Shown here in pieces: positions 39,881 to 50,562 of a stretch of DNA of 64,000 bases. Numbering within the stretch: the first letter of the stretch is position 1; each line of letters opens with the position of its first letter. The notes under the pieces were generated by a model. It worked only from the letters and a program-made list of their open reading frames with translations, was not told the DNA's origin and did no database searches. The position numbers and the translations under genes are program-made. Origin of the DNA: Acidobacteriota bacterium (GTDB lineage: Bacteria; Acidobacteriota; UBA6911); the NCBI GenBank assembly GCA_963664705.1, contig OY761556.1, positions 3,616,001 through 3,680,000 on the forward strand, in the 5' to 3' direction.

Positions 39881-41218
39881 CTACATCTGAGGGAATTTCA
39901 TCCCGCGCATCAGGCGAGGCATAATCCCCTTGCTCAAGCTGCGCATCATCTTGCGCGTTTCCACATACTGCTTGAGCAATTGATTGATCTGATTCACCGG
40001 CCTCCCGCATCCGCGGGCAATCCGCTTTCGCCTGCTGCCGTTCAAAATCGAATGGTTGCGCCGCTCTTCCGGGGTCATCGAATTGATGATTGCCTCGATG
40101 TGAACCAGCTCCTTCTCATCTACCTTCATCTGGTTCAATCCACGCAGAGGCCCCATGTTGGGAAGCATCCCAAGGATCTGATCCAAGGGGCCCATCTGCC
40201 GGATCTGCCGCAATTGATCGCGAAAATCATCAAGGGTAAACTCATCTTTTCGGATCTTCTCGGCCAGTTCAGCCGCCTGCTCCCTATCCACGGACTCTTC
40301 CGCTTTCTCAATAAGGGAAAGCACATCGCCCATGCCGAGAATGCGGCCAGCCAGGCGGTCGGGGAAAAACGGCTCCATAGCATCCACTTTTTCGCCGGTT
40401 CCGACAAATTTGATCGGCTGTCCGGTCACCGACTTGATAGAGAGCGCGGCACCACCCCTCGCATCGCCATCCATCTTCGTCAGGATCACGCCTGTCAGCC
40501 CCAGACGTTCGTGAAATTCCTTCGCGCTGCGAACAGCGTCCTGTCCCGTCATAGCATCGGAAACCAGAAGGATTTCCACCGGTGGCGTTGCTTTCCGAAT
40601 TCGCTCGAGTTCCACCATCATCTCATCATCAATATGGAGACGGCCGGCGGTATCGATCAGCACAACGTCGTAGCCGCTGTTGCGAGCATGTCGCAACCCC
40701 TGCTCCGCTCTCGACACGGGATCCATATCCCCAGGGACATCGAAATAACCCAAATGAGCGGCCTCGCACAATACGCGCAGCTGTTCAATGGCCGCAGGAC
40801 GGTAGACGTCCACCGACAGCAGCAGCGGCGTATGGTTGTTTTTAGTAAGCCAGTGAGCCAGCTTTGCCGTGCTGGTCGTTTTCCCGGATCCCTGAAGCCC
40901 AACCATCAGAAACACACTGGGCGGCTGCTTGGAAAATTGAAGCTCCGTCTGCGATCCACCCAGCAATTCAATGAGCTCGTCGCGCACGACCCGGATAATT
41001 TGCTGGCCGGGAGTCAGAGATTCGAGAACTTCCTGGCCCAAAGCCCGCTGTTTGACGCGCTCAACGAAATCCTTGGCAATTTTGAAATGAACGTCCGCGT
41101 CAAGCAGCGCGTTTCGTATTTCCCGGGCGGCCTCTTCTACGTGGCGGCTGGAAACTCTTCCTTGCCCCGTCAGGTTTCGCAGAATTTTCTGCAGCTTATT
41201 CGATAAATTATCCAGCAT
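39881..41218 (-). CDS. ffh: Signal recognition particle protein
   Basis: GLQGSGKTT, DTAGR, TKMDGDARGGAALS, Met-rich M domain. Confidence 0.97.
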   Translation of the reverse strand: MLDNLSNKLQKILRNLTGQGRVSSRHVEEAAREIRNALLDADVHFKIAKDFVERVKQRALGQEVLESLTPGQQIIRVVRDELIELLGGSQTELQFSKQPPSVFLMVGLQGSGKTTSTAKLAHWLTKNNHTPLLLSVDVYRPAAIEQLRVLCEAAHLGYFDVPGDMDPVSRAEQGLRHARNSGYDVVLIDTAGRLHIDDEMMVELERIRKATPPVEILLVSDAMTGQDAVRSAKEFHERLGLTGVILTKMDGDARGGAALSIKSVTGQPIKFVGTGEKVDAMEPFFPDRLAGRILGMGDVLSLIEKAEESVDREQAAELAEKIRKDEFTLDDFRDQLRQIRQMGPLDQILGMLPNMGPLRGLNQMKVDEKELVHIEAIINSMTPEERRNHSILNGSRRKRIARGCGRPVNQINQLLKQYVETRKMMRSLSKGIMPRLMRGMKFPQM

Positions 41219-41363
41219 CGTCTATCTTTTCTCCAGGGCCATAATATTACCTGAGGTTATGGCAGAAGTGTGGCAGAAAGTGGGGAGGATCTTCTTGCTC
41301 CATGCTTCTTGCGCCTTGCTCCTTTTTTCTGGCTTCCACTTGCATTAAGATATGCATCCAATC

Positions 41364-43262
41364 ATGAGACACGTAATCGTAGGGACAGCAGGACACATTG
41401 ACCACGGGAAAAGCGCTCTGGTTCGGGCTCTGACAGGGGTCGATCCCGATCGGCTGAAAGAAGAACAACTTCGCGGCATCACGATCGACCTGGGATTTGC
41501 CCACCTGGACCTCGGAGATGTGCAGGTCGGTTTTGTCGATGTGCCCGGACACGAAAAATTCGTTAAAAACATGCTGGCTGGCGTCGGTGGAATCGATTTT
41601 GTTCTACTGGTGATCGCGGCCGATGAATCCATCATGCCCCAGACGCGGGAGCATTTCGATATCTGCCGGTTGCTCGGCGTTCGCACGGGAATCGTGGTAA
41701 TCAATAAAGCAGATCTGGTCGACCCGGAAATGCTGGAACTGGTTCGCGATGAGATTGCCGAGACAACGATCGGATCCTTTCTCGAAAACGCGGAGATCGT
41801 CACCGTCAGCTCCAGGACAGGCCAAGGGATTGAAAACCTGAAAAAGGTGATCCACGATCTGTCTCTTGCGATCCCCTCGAGGCCGTCCGACCGACTCCTG
41901 CGGCTGCCGGTTGACCGTTCGTTCAGCATCCGTGGGTTCGGCACAGTTGTGACCGGCACCCTCACCTCCGGCGAGATTCAAAAAGATCAGGAAGTCGAGT
42001 TAATCCCCGGAGGATTGACCACCAAGGTTCGCGGCCTTCAAGTCCACGGGAATATGACCGGTCGCGCCGTGGCCGGCCAGCGTACCGCGGTAAACCTTCA
42101 GGGCGTAGATTTGGATCAGGTGGAACGGGGCATGGTCATCACCGTCCCGCATCTTTTCCAGGCAACCCAAATTCTGGATGTACGTTTACAGCTTCTTCCA
42201 ACCGCGAAACCGCTGAAAAACCTGGTCAAAGTCAGGTTTCATCAGGGAACGCTGGAAATTCTGGCCCGCGTCGCCCTCATCGGGCAGGACACTCTTCTGC
42301 CGGGACAATCCGGGTACGCACAACTCCGGCTGGATGGACCGGTTTTCTGCCTCCATGGAGACGCGTTTATCATTCGGCAGTTCTCCCCGACGATCACGAT
42401 CGGCGGCGGAATCATTCTGCATCCGAACCCTTCCAAACACAAAAGCACCGACATGCAAACCCTCGCCGCTTTGCAGCGGCTGGACAAAGGGAATTTGCAG
42501 GAAAAAATCCCCGTATTACTGGAAGCCGATGTTCATCAGGCCATGGATCTCAATCGATTGAACTCCCTGCTGGGATTTCCCGAACCGCAACTCGTCAAAA
42601 TCTGCTCGGAGCTTGCGAAATCGGGACAGGTAGTGATGGTTCAGGCACCATCTCCCATTCTTGTCGTGCCGGCACTCATGGAGTCTCTGAAGAAAGAAGT
42701 GATTGCCCAGGTCACCGCCTTTCACAAGGAAAACGCCCTGCAAAAGGGGATATCCAAGGAAGAGCTCCGCAAGCGGATTTTTGACAACCTGCCCCTTGAA
42801 GTCTTCCGCTTCTGCCTCGACGCGCTCGTCGAAAAACGAAAGATCGCTTTCCAGGAAGACACCATTTCATTGTTTGGCCGCGAGGTTCAACTCACCGCGG
42901 AAGGACACCAGATCCGCGAAAAAATCGAAGCCATATTCCAGAAAGCGGGTTTTCAGCCTCCGGTATTTACCGATCTGCTGAGCCTGGTGGATGCGAATCC
43001 GGAAGAAACCAAAAGGATTTTCTTTTGGATGATCAAGGAAAAGATCCTGGTCAAAGTGGCCGAAGACGTCGTTTATCATCGGGCGACTATGGATAGCATC
43101 AAGCAACAGATTCGAAGCAAATTCACTCCGGGGAGCAAATTCGGCGTCGCTGACTTCAAGGAACTCTTCGATATCACGCGAAAGCATGCGATTCCGCTGC
43201 TGGAATACCTGGATCGCGACCGCTTCACTCGCCGTCTCGGCAATGACCGCGTACTGCTTTAG
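41364..43262 (+). CDS. selB: Selenocysteine-specific translation elongation factor
   Basis: [35 protein letters not shown]-terminal winged helix [13 protein letters not shown]. Confidence 0.96.
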   Translation: MRHVIVGTAGHIDHGKSALVRALTGVDPDRLKEEQLRGITIDLGFAHLDLGDVQVGFVDVPGHEKFVKNMLAGVGGIDFVLLVIAADESIMPQTREHFDICRLLGVRTGIVVINKADLVDPEMLELVRDEIAETTIGSFLENAEIVTVSSRTGQGIENLKKVIHDLSLAIPSRPSDRLLRLPVDRSFSIRGFGTVVTGTLTSGEIQKDQEVELIPGGLTTKVRGLQVHGNMTGRAVAGQRTAVNLQGVDLDQVERGMVITVPHLFQATQILDVRLQLLPTAKPLKNLVKVRFHQGTLEILARVALIGQDTLLPGQSGYAQLRLDGPVFCLHGDAFIIRQFSPTITIGGGIILHPNPSKHKSTDMQTLAALQRLDKGNLQEKIPVLLEADVHQAMDLNRLNSLLGFPEPQLVKICSELAKSGQVVMVQAPSPILVVPALMESLKKEVIAQVTAFHKENALQKGISKEELRKRIFDNLPLEVFRFCLDALVEKRKIAFQEDTISLFGREVQLTAEGHQIREKIEAIFQKAGFQPPVFTDLLSLVDANPEETKRIFFWMIKEKILVKVAEDVVYHRATMDSIKQQIRSKFTPGSKFGVADFKELFDITRKHAIPLLEYLDRDRFTRRLGNDRVLL

Positions 43263-43304
43263 TCAGGAGCGAGGAGCCAATAGGAGACGCCCCCTTTTGG
43301 CTCC

Positions 43305-44804
43305 TCACTCCCGGACTCTTACTCTCTGAATGATCTTCACTCCACAGCGCCAGTCTTCGTTAACCGAGATTTTCCAAACTTCTATGTCAGGTTCGAGATA
43401 GCCAAGCAATACTTCTGTCGTGTCATGGAATGAAAAGATGGGAGACACCAGATATATCCGCGGCCGGCGTCGCGTGAGACGAGTCTCCGAAAAATAGCCG
43501 CGCCGTTCGAAATCTCCGCTCTCATTGTGCTGAATGACCCGGCCCCAATAATCCAAAGCCTGTATCGGAAGATCAGGATCCTCTGAAACCTTCAGCTCCA
43601 TGACAACCAGCGTACCATTTCGGTCCGCACCCAGGATGTCGATTCGCCCGTTGTCATGCCCGAGATATACGGGGATCTGCGAATACACCGATTCTGGCGC
43701 CAATTCGGGAAAAAGCTGCGGAATACTCTCGAGGATCAAAGCCTCGAGCCATCGTTCTGATTGAAGCCGGTAATAGGGGTGGCGTATATCCGGACTATCC
43801 GCCCGACGAAAATAAAGTATTTCACGAACCAGATCGTTGAGGGAGTCGAGAGTCTCATCCGTCAATTCGATCCGATGGGGCCCAACGCCAAAGAAGATGC
43901 GGTCGCGCTCCTGTCCTGCAACCTGGGCAAATTCGAGCCCCCACAGCCTCAACGAATCGTAATCATGGAATCGCGGATAGCGTCGGATAAGTTCCGGAGC
44001 AAGATCCAGGACGCTCTGCAATTGAGCACTCCATCGAAACGGGCCAAGTACAGGCCAGCGAAAATCCCTGTTTTCCTCAGGCGGTCGCGGGGGAGGCGCC
44101 TTGGAAAATACTGGGAAATCGGGCGCGGCTTCATACTCCCAAATCTCCGTCCGGATTCGACTCTTGTCAAGAAAACGGGATCGATGCAGCAAGCCGGCCG
44201 AAGCTCCGGCGGGCACCAGAAAATACACTCCCATCGCGCAGGGCATTGCGGGAATGCCACAGACGGAAAGGTACCGCAAGGCTTGCCCGATCGCGTGTGG
44301 AATATCGGCAGCTGAATCCTCGTCGGCCGCAAGCAGCACACGGCTTTCCCCCGCATGCCGGAATAACACACGCAGGAATGCGCCTGAAAGCGTGAGAGAA
44401 AGGTCTGAGCTTCTGGTTGCACGCAGAATTCGATATCCCGGGAATACTTTTGCCAGCCATTGCCTGGATACCTTCCACAAATGATGGGGATCCAAGGCGG
44501 CGGAATCCTTTTCCTCCCAAAACATTTCCAGAATCTCAGCAATGGGACTGGCGGCATCAAGCAGTGACACGGAGATTCCGCCCGGCCATTGCTTTATCGT
44601 GCCGACCCAATAGCTTAGCAATCGCCCCTGGCAACGAAACTGGAACTGGATTTTCTCTCCCCGTTCGAACCAGTATGGATTTGCGGACTCCCAGGAAATC
44701 CATTCTGCCGTGCGCCATCGAATCCGGACCTGCTCCGATCGCTGTTTGGCCAGCGCCAGAAGCATACGGTTGCGCTGCAGTTGTGTAGCGATAATTCTTT
44801 TCAT
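43305..44804 (-). CDS. Uncharacterised protein with C-terminal PD-(D/E)XK (NucS-like) nuclease domain
   Basis: ERWLE...YSQ.P...IDILG....G.LVV.ELK...D...QALDYW. Confidence 0.72.
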   Translation of the reverse strand: MKRIIATQLQRNRMLLALAKQRSEQVRIRWRTAEWISWESANPYWFERGEKIQFQFRCQGRLLSYWVGTIKQWPGGISVSLLDAASPIAEILEMFWEEKDSAALDPHHLWKVSRQWLAKVFPGYRILRATRSSDLSLTLSGAFLRVLFRHAGESRVLLAADEDSAADIPHAIGQALRYLSVCGIPAMPCAMGVYFLVPAGASAGLLHRSRFLDKSRIRTEIWEYEAAPDFPVFSKAPPPRPPEENRDFRWPVLGPFRWSAQLQSVLDLAPELIRRYPRFHDYDSLRLWGLEFAQVAGQERDRIFFGVGPHRIELTDETLDSLNDLVREILYFRRADSPDIRHPYYRLQSERWLEALILESIPQLFPELAPESVYSQIPVYLGHDNGRIDILGADRNGTLVVMELKVSEDPDLPIQALDYWGRVIQHNESGDFERRGYFSETRLTRRRPRIYLVSPIFSFHDTTEVLLGYLEPDIEVWKISVNEDWRCGVKIIQRVRVRE

Positions 44805-44882
44805 ACACGGGTAGTTTGCACAGCCCGTGGCTTATATCCGGCAAATTGATGAAAAACGATCGGAATCAGGGGCGCAATGGGA

Positions 44883-45197
44883 TCAGCGCCCCATATTGCC
44901 GAGCCATTGAAGATAGGTAGAATCCCCGGCAACTATCGGGATCGCGATGACTTCAGGTACCTTATACGTATGCAGTTGGTGAATCCGCGCATTGATGGCA
45001 TCAAACTTTTCAGAGGTGGATTTGATCATGAGAAGGAACTCGGTCTCATCGCACACCTTCCCTTCCCAGCGATAGATGGATCGAATCCCTGGAATAATGT
45101 TCACGCAGGCGGCTTCATCCGAATCCAGCAGGGCGGCAGCAATCCTTTGCGCCAGCTCGACGGTATCGGCGGTGCTCAATACCAGTATTTCGTTCAT
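44883..45197 (-). CDS. cutA: Divalent-cation tolerance protein CutA
   Basis: AACVNI.P...SIYRWEG, H.Y.VPE.IA. Confidence 0.93.
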   Translation of the reverse strand: MNEILVLSTADTVELAQRIAAALLDSDEAACVNIIPGIRSIYRWEGKVCDETEFLLMIKSTSEKFDAINARIHQLHTYKVPEVIAIPIVAGDSTYLQWLGNMGR

Positions 45198-45300
45198 TTC
45201 AATATCCTAAACTATCATTTTGAAATCGATAACCATTGCATGGTGCATAGGACATGAGTATTATGCAGTTGTTGAATGAAACTTCACTGAAAAATATCTG

Positions 45301-45621
45301 ATGACACACTCAAAACGTCACACATCCCATAAAAAAGAGCTCTATTACCTGGTCTGCATCCTGTCGGTACTGGTAATTCTGATCCTCAGCTTTATGGGAC
45401 CGGGCGGATACAGAGATCTCCGGAGAGCCCGTCTCGAATTGCAGGAACAGCGTATGCGCGTGGATCGTCTGACGCAGGAAAACGCGGAAAGGATGCTGGA
45501 AATCGAGAAGCTGCGTGGAGATCCGAACGCGCTGGAACAGTATGCCCGCAAAAAGGGCTTCGGCAGGCCGGATGAGATTATTCAAACGCTCCCCGAGAAA
45601 CCAGCCTCCGGGAAGCGCTGA
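45301..45621 (+). CDS. Septum formation initiator (FtsB/DivIC family)
   Basis: Single TM + G..G + coiled coil + LE.YAR..GF..PDE. Confidence 0.82.
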   Translation: MTHSKRHTSHKKELYYLVCILSVLVILILSFMGPGGYRDLRRARLELQEQRMRVDRLTQENAERMLEIEKLRGDPNALEQYARKKGFGRPDEIIQTLPEKPASGKR

Positions 45622-45624
45622 CGC

Positions 45625-46902
45625 CTACAGGGACCAGACGACTTTACCCTTCACGATTGTCATCGCGGGCCCGCCGCGCAATTTCCAGCCGTTGAATGGA
45701 GTATTGCGGCTTCTGGAAAGGAACTGCCGAGAATCCACCTGCCAGCTCAGATTCGGGTCGAGAACCGTGATGTCCGCCCACGATTTTTCAGCCAACGTCC
45801 CCCGCTCGAGATGCAGAATACGGGCTGGATTTGTCGAAAAGAGCTGAACCAGGCGTTCAACGGTGATGATCTCGGTTCTTACAAAACGGTCGAGAATCAG
45901 ACCAACAGCGGTTTCAAGCCCAACAATTCCAAAGGGAGCCCGGTTAAACTCCACCATCTTGTCGTTAATGTTGTGGGGCGCATGATCGGTCGCAATCGCA
46001 TCGATGTCGCCGGAGGCAATTCCCTTCACAAGCGCGTCCACATCGTCCTGAGAACGAAGAGGCGGATTCATTTTCATGTTGGTGTCGTAGGATGACACCT
46101 GCGCATCGGTCAACAGCAGATGGTGCGGAGCGACTTCACACGTGATCTTTGCCTTGTCCTCTTTTTTTGCACGCAGAACGGCTTCAAGAGAACGGCGCGT
46201 AGACAAATGGGCGATATGCACTTGGGCACCAGTCTGCTTTGCCAGAATTGCGTCGCGCAAAACGTGGATCTCTTCCGCAGCGGGGTTCATGCCTCTCATG
46301 CCAAGAAGCGTGGAATAGTACCCTTCGTTCATCACGCCGCCGGCCACGAGGTCTTTGTCTTCGCAGTGATCGATCACCGGGAGATTAAACAGGCGGGAGT
46401 ACTCCATTCCGCGGCGCATGACCTGGCCATCCTGCACGGAATGGCCGTCATCGCTGACCGCAACAATTCCCGTACGATACATCTCGCCGATTTCGGCAAG
46501 CATTTTCCCCTGGCTTCCTTTGGTAATGGCACCCACGGGATAAACGGCAATCTTCGATACTTCTCGCGCCCGCTGCAGGATGAAGGATGTCACCGCTTCC
46601 GAATCATTGACCGGATTTGTGTTTGGCATGCAAGCCACGGCGGTGAAACCTCCGCGTGCAGCCGCATTCGTCCCGGATTCGATCGTTTCCGAATCTTCGC
46701 GACCCGGCTCCCGCAGGTGAACGTGCATGTCAATAAAGCCTGGAAGCACGAGCAGCCCGCGCGCATCAATTTCCTTGCGGCCGGTCTGACGGATTTTGGG
46801 CGATATTTCGGCGATTCTGCCGTCTTCAATGCCCAGATCGGCAACCTTGTTCAATTTTTGGGATGGATCGACGATTCGTCCCTGACGCAGTATCAGTTGC
46901 AT
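45625..46902 (-). CDS. pyrC: Dihydroorotase
   Basis: PGFIDMHVHLREPG, MPNT.P, KMNPPLR, ATDHAPH. Confidence 0.95.
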   Translation of the reverse strand: MQLILRQGRIVDPSQKLNKVADLGIEDGRIAEISPKIRQTGRKEIDARGLLVLPGFIDMHVHLREPGREDSETIESGTNAAARGGFTAVACMPNTNPVNDSEAVTSFILQRAREVSKIAVYPVGAITKGSQGKMLAEIGEMYRTGIVAVSDDGHSVQDGQVMRRGMEYSRLFNLPVIDHCEDKDLVAGGVMNEGYYSTLLGMRGMNPAAEEIHVLRDAILAKQTGAQVHIAHLSTRRSLEAVLRAKKEDKAKITCEVAPHHLLLTDAQVSSYDTNMKMNPPLRSQDDVDALVKGIASGDIDAIATDHAPHNINDKMVEFNRAPFGIVGLETAVGLILDRFVRTEIITVERLVQLFSTNPARILHLERGTLAEKSWADITVLDPNLSWQVDSRQFLSRSRNTPFNGWKLRGGPAMTIVKGKVVWSL

Positions 46903-46908
46903 AAGCGC

Positions 46909-47859
46909 TCAACGAGTATTTTTTTTCAGCTTCAATCCGGCATTTCCGGAGAGCAGATATAGGACAGCCATGCGGGTTGCGACACCGTTCGCAACCTGGT
47001 TCAAGATAACGGAGTAGTCCGCATCCGCCACGTCGGAGTCAATTTCAACTCCCCGATTCATCGGGCCAGGATGCATGACAATGGTATCTTTTTTTGCCAG
47101 ACGCATTCGTTCCCGGGTCAGGCCGTAGAAGTTATAATATTCGCGTGTCGAAGGAACGAAAGCTTCATTCTGCCGCTCGAGCTGCATGCGCAGCATCATG
47201 ATGACATCTGCCCCATCAATGGCTTCGTTCATCTGCCCGGTTATGCGGCAGCCGAGTTTTTCGAATTCCCAGGGAATCAGCGTCGGCGGGCCGCAAACCC
47301 ACACATCCGCCCCCATCTTATGGAACAGAATGGTATCGGAGCGCGCGACGCGGCTGTGGGCAATGTCCCCGATAATGGCGATCTTCAGTCTATCCAGCCG
47401 CTTCTTGTAGGTTCGGATGGTCAGAGCATCAAGGAGTGCCTGGGTCGGATGCTCGTGCATGCCATCCCCGGCATTGACGACCGAGGACCGACATTCCCGA
47501 CCAAGAAGATGCGGGGCTCCGGCCGACTCGTGACGAATAACGATGATATCCGGCGCCATTGCCTCGAGATTGCGGGCAGTGTCCAACAGCGTTTCCCCTT
47601 TGGTAACGCTGCTCGCAGAAGCCGTAAAGTTCAGGATATCGGCGCTTAAACGCTTTTCAGCCAGTTCGAAAGAGGATCGGGTCCGTGTGGATGCCTCAAA
47701 AAACAGATTCACGACGGTTTTCCCACGAAGTGTGGGGACCTTTTTGACCGGTCTTGCCGAAACTTCCCGGAGAGCTTCAGCGGTATCAAGAATGAGATTG
47801 ACGTCATCTACGGAAAGCTGCTCAACGCTCAGCAGGTCTTTGTGGCTAAGGGATGCCAT
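46909..47859 (-). CDS. pyrB: Aspartate carbamoyltransferase catalytic subunit
   Basis: [35 protein letters not shown]. Confidence 0.96.
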   Translation of the reverse strand: MASLSHKDLLSVEQLSVDDVNLILDTAEALREVSARPVKKVPTLRGKTVVNLFFEASTRTRSSFELAEKRLSADILNFTASASSVTKGETLLDTARNLEAMAPDIIVIRHESAGAPHLLGRECRSSVVNAGDGMHEHPTQALLDALTIRTYKKRLDRLKIAIIGDIAHSRVARSDTILFHKMGADVWVCGPPTLIPWEFEKLGCRITGQMNEAIDGADVIMMLRMQLERQNEAFVPSTREYYNFYGLTRERMRLAKKDTIVMHPGPMNRGVEIDSDVADADYSVILNQVANGVATRMAVLYLLSGNAGLKLKKNTR

Positions 47860-48016
47860 GACATTCCCCTGCGGTCAGGCCGCACGATAATGAAACCGTC
47901 TACAAAATCACAAATCGGGAACTTCCCGCGCGGATGCCTGATTTTGTACCTGAGTACGGTCAGGCCTATGTCCCAAGAAACTGGCGAACGAGCGGGACGC
48001 CTCCGATTTTAACGCA

Positions 48017-48592
48017 TTACACGCTCTCGACCACAGCCGGCGGCGGCATCGGTCTTTTAACGAGGACAACACGCTCTTCCTCATCCTCCTCATTCAACCG
48101 AACTTCGACGATCTCATCCTCATCGGTTTGAATGAACTTGCCGACGTAATCCGCCTGGATCGGCAACTCACGGTGGCCGCGATCAATCAACACGGCTAAC
48201 TGGACCTTTTTCGGGCGGCCCATGTCCACCAGTCCATCCAGCGCCGCACGAATGGTCCGCCCCGTGTACAAAACGTCATCCACCAGAACAAGGCTGCGGT
48301 CGCTGATGTCGAAATCGATCAACGTCTCCCGCAACATGGGTCGGTTGCTGACGGTTGTGAGGTCATCCCGGTATAAGGTAATATCCAGGATGCCGAAGGG
48401 AACGGGACGTTTGAGAGTCGCTTCTATCTTTGCACACAGTCGCTGGCCCAAAGGCACGCCACGCCGACGGATTCCTATGATAGCGAACTCGTCGCTCGGG
48501 CCCAGTTTTTCAATTATCTCGGCCGAGATCCTTGCCAGCACAAGGTCCATTTCTGCGGCCGTCATCAGGAGCTTACCCTTTATTTTTTTCAT
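48017..48592 (-). CDS. pyrR: Bifunctional pyr regulator/uracil phosphoribosyltransferase PyrR
   Basis: LDITLYRDD, VDDVLYTGRT, DRGHRELPI. Confidence 0.95.
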   Translation of the reverse strand: MKKIKGKLLMTAAEMDLVLARISAEIIEKLGPSDEFAIIGIRRRGVPLGQRLCAKIEATLKRPVPFGILDITLYRDDLTTVSNRPMLRETLIDFDISDRSLVLVDDVLYTGRTIRAALDGLVDMGRPKKVQLAVLIDRGHRELPIQADYVGKFIQTDEDEIVEVRLNEEDEEERVVLVKRPMPPPAVVESV

Positions 48593-48696
48593 TGGATTTT
48601 CGCGCTGCCAAGTGGTGCTTTCGTCAATTGCGCGGCGATGATATCACACGGAAAAAGGCGTTGCAAACGTCGAGTTACAACCTATACTGAATTGGA

Positions 48697-49536
48697 ATGC
48701 TAGATAAAAAAGTTAAGGTAAAAGAAATCAGGGATCTCGGCGCTCGAAACTACCTGCTGACCGTCAGCACGCCTGAACAGGCGCGCCTCGTACGCCCGGG
48801 TCAATTCATCATGTTGAAGTGCGTGGAACAAGTGGACGAAAATCCGCTGTTGCGCCGCCCTTTCACCATTTTCAACATTCATCGAAGTGCGCGCAGCGGA
48901 AAGCCTGACGGGCTGGAACTGCTGATCAAGGATGTCGGAGCCGGAACGACCAAGCTGACCAAGGTGCGTCCGGGCCAGATGCTCGACTGCCTTGGCCCTC
49001 AGGGGCACGGATTCCAGATTACGTCCGAATTGCGGAATCGCGTGGATACCGCCTGCATGGTCGCGGGCGGCGTCGGAATCGCGCCTCTGTTTCTGCTTGC
49101 CCAGGGACTGCTGGCCCAGAATGTACAACCGATTCTGTTTTATGGCGGCGCAAGAATGGAAGACCTGGTTCTGCGCGAGTATTTTGAACGACTGGGCATG
49201 CCCACCCACTATACGACGGAAGACGGCTCCTTCGGCGAGCGCGGTGTTGTTACCCAGCCGCTCGCTAAGTATTTGAAGGAAAACGCTCGGAAATCCGTTC
49301 GCATCTACACCTGTGGACCATGGGGAATGATGAAGGCTGTGCATCAAATCGCAGCCCAGGCGAATGTGCAATGCGAGGTCAGCCTCGAAGCGAGGATGGG
49401 TTGCGCACTCGGTGCTTGTCTGGGATGCGTGGTGGGCAGCAAAGATCATAATGGAGAGACTCAATTCCTGCGCGTCTGCCAGGACGGTCCCGTTATGAAC
49501 AGCCGTCTGATTGATTGGGATACCGTACCTGTTTGA
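48697..49536 (+). CDS. pyrK: Dihydroorotate dehydrogenase electron transfer subunit
   Basis: PGQF, LRRPF, GGVGIAP, CGP..M, E.RMGC..GAC.GC, C.DGPV. Confidence 0.92.
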   Translation: MLDKKVKVKEIRDLGARNYLLTVSTPEQARLVRPGQFIMLKCVEQVDENPLLRRPFTIFNIHRSARSGKPDGLELLIKDVGAGTTKLTKVRPGQMLDCLGPQGHGFQITSELRNRVDTACMVAGGVGIAPLFLLAQGLLAQNVQPILFYGGARMEDLVLREYFERLGMPTHYTTEDGSFGERGVVTQPLAKYLKENARKSVRIYTCGPWGMMKAVHQIAAQANVQCEVSLEARMGCALGACLGCVVGSKDHNGETQFLRVCQDGPVMNSRLIDWDTVPV

Positions 49537-49617
49537 AGGACTGACAATGACAAACCTCGAAGACTCGAAGTCTCCGTGGACTTCTTTGAATCTTTGCGTC
49601 TTTGAGGCCAACCACTT

Positions 49618-50562
49618 ATGAACAATACCGAAACATACAAAGCTCCGCATCTTGCCGTGGATATCGCGGGAGTGCGATTCAAAAATCCGGTCCTGACTGC
49701 CAGCGGCACCTTCGGCTACGGGTTGGAATTTGCCAATCTCATGGATCTCAACTCACTGGGCGGAATCGTCGTCAAAGGGCTTTCGATGACGCCGATCAAA
49801 GGGAACCCTCCTCCGCGCGTCTATGAAACAGCCTCCGGAATGCTCAACGCCATCGGCTGGCAAAACATAGGCGCAACGGAATTCGTGACCAAGAAACTCC
49901 CGATGCTGAAGAACTACGATACGAACGTTGTCGTAAACATCGTGGGATTCGAGCTCAGTGATTATCTGGAGGTCACAAAGTTCCTGAATGACTGTCCCGG
50001 CGTCAAGGCGCTGGAGCTCAATATCTCGTGCCCAAATGTCAAAAAGGGCGGTTTTCACTTCAACAAAAATCCCAAAGATACCTTCACGATAACGGCGGAA
50101 ACCAAAAAGGCTTCCCGTCACCTTCCGCTATGGGTCAAATTGTCACCCAACGTAACCGACATTCGTGAGTTTGCCAAAGCATGCGAAGATGCAGGCGCGG
50201 ATGCGATCTCGGTCATCAATACATTTGTAGGCATGGCCATCGATGTGGAAAAACGGCGCCCACGACTCCGTTTCATGACCGGAGGCTTATCCGGACCGGC
50301 CATTAAACCTGTGGCATTACGCATGGTCTGGGAAGCCTGCCAGGCAGTAAAGATACCGGTCATTGGAGTAGGCGGTATTGCCAACACCAACGATGCCCTG
50401 GAATTTCTGATTGCCGGAGCCCGCGCCGTTCAGGTCGGAACCGCCAACTTTTATCAGCCGGATGCATCGCAGCGCATCGCGCTCGGGTTGCAGGAGTACT
50501 GCCGTTCGCACAAGATAGACGACATCAACGAAATTATCGGGAGCCTTCATCCCTATGAGTGA
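49618..50562 (+). CDS. pyrD: Dihydroorotate dehydrogenase family 1B
   Basis: NPV.TASGTFGYG, ELNISCPNV, VKLSPNVTD, GGLSGPAIKP. Confidence 0.95.
   Translation: MNNTETYKAPHLAVDIAGVRFKNPVLTASGTFGYGLEFANLMDLNSLGGIVVKGLSMTPIKGNPPPRVYETASGMLNAIGWQNIGATEFVTKKLPMLKNYDTNVVVNIVGFELSDYLEVTKFLNDCPGVKALELNISCPNVKKGGFHFNKNPKDTFTITAETKKASRHLPLWVKLSPNVTDIREFAKACEDAGADAISVINTFVGMAIDVEKRRPRLRFMTGGLSGPAIKPVALRMVWEACQAVKIPVIGVGGIANTNDALEFLIAGARAVQVGTANFYQPDASQRIALGLQEYCRSHKIDDINEIIGSLHPYE

Noticed and set aside
39980-41206. Long antisense ORFs (e.g. 408 aa opposite ffh, 409 aa opposite hypE, 335 aa opposite hypF, 316 aa opposite pyrK)
   Set aside because: They are shadow frames of well-supported genes in GC-rich DNA and contain no recognisable motifs
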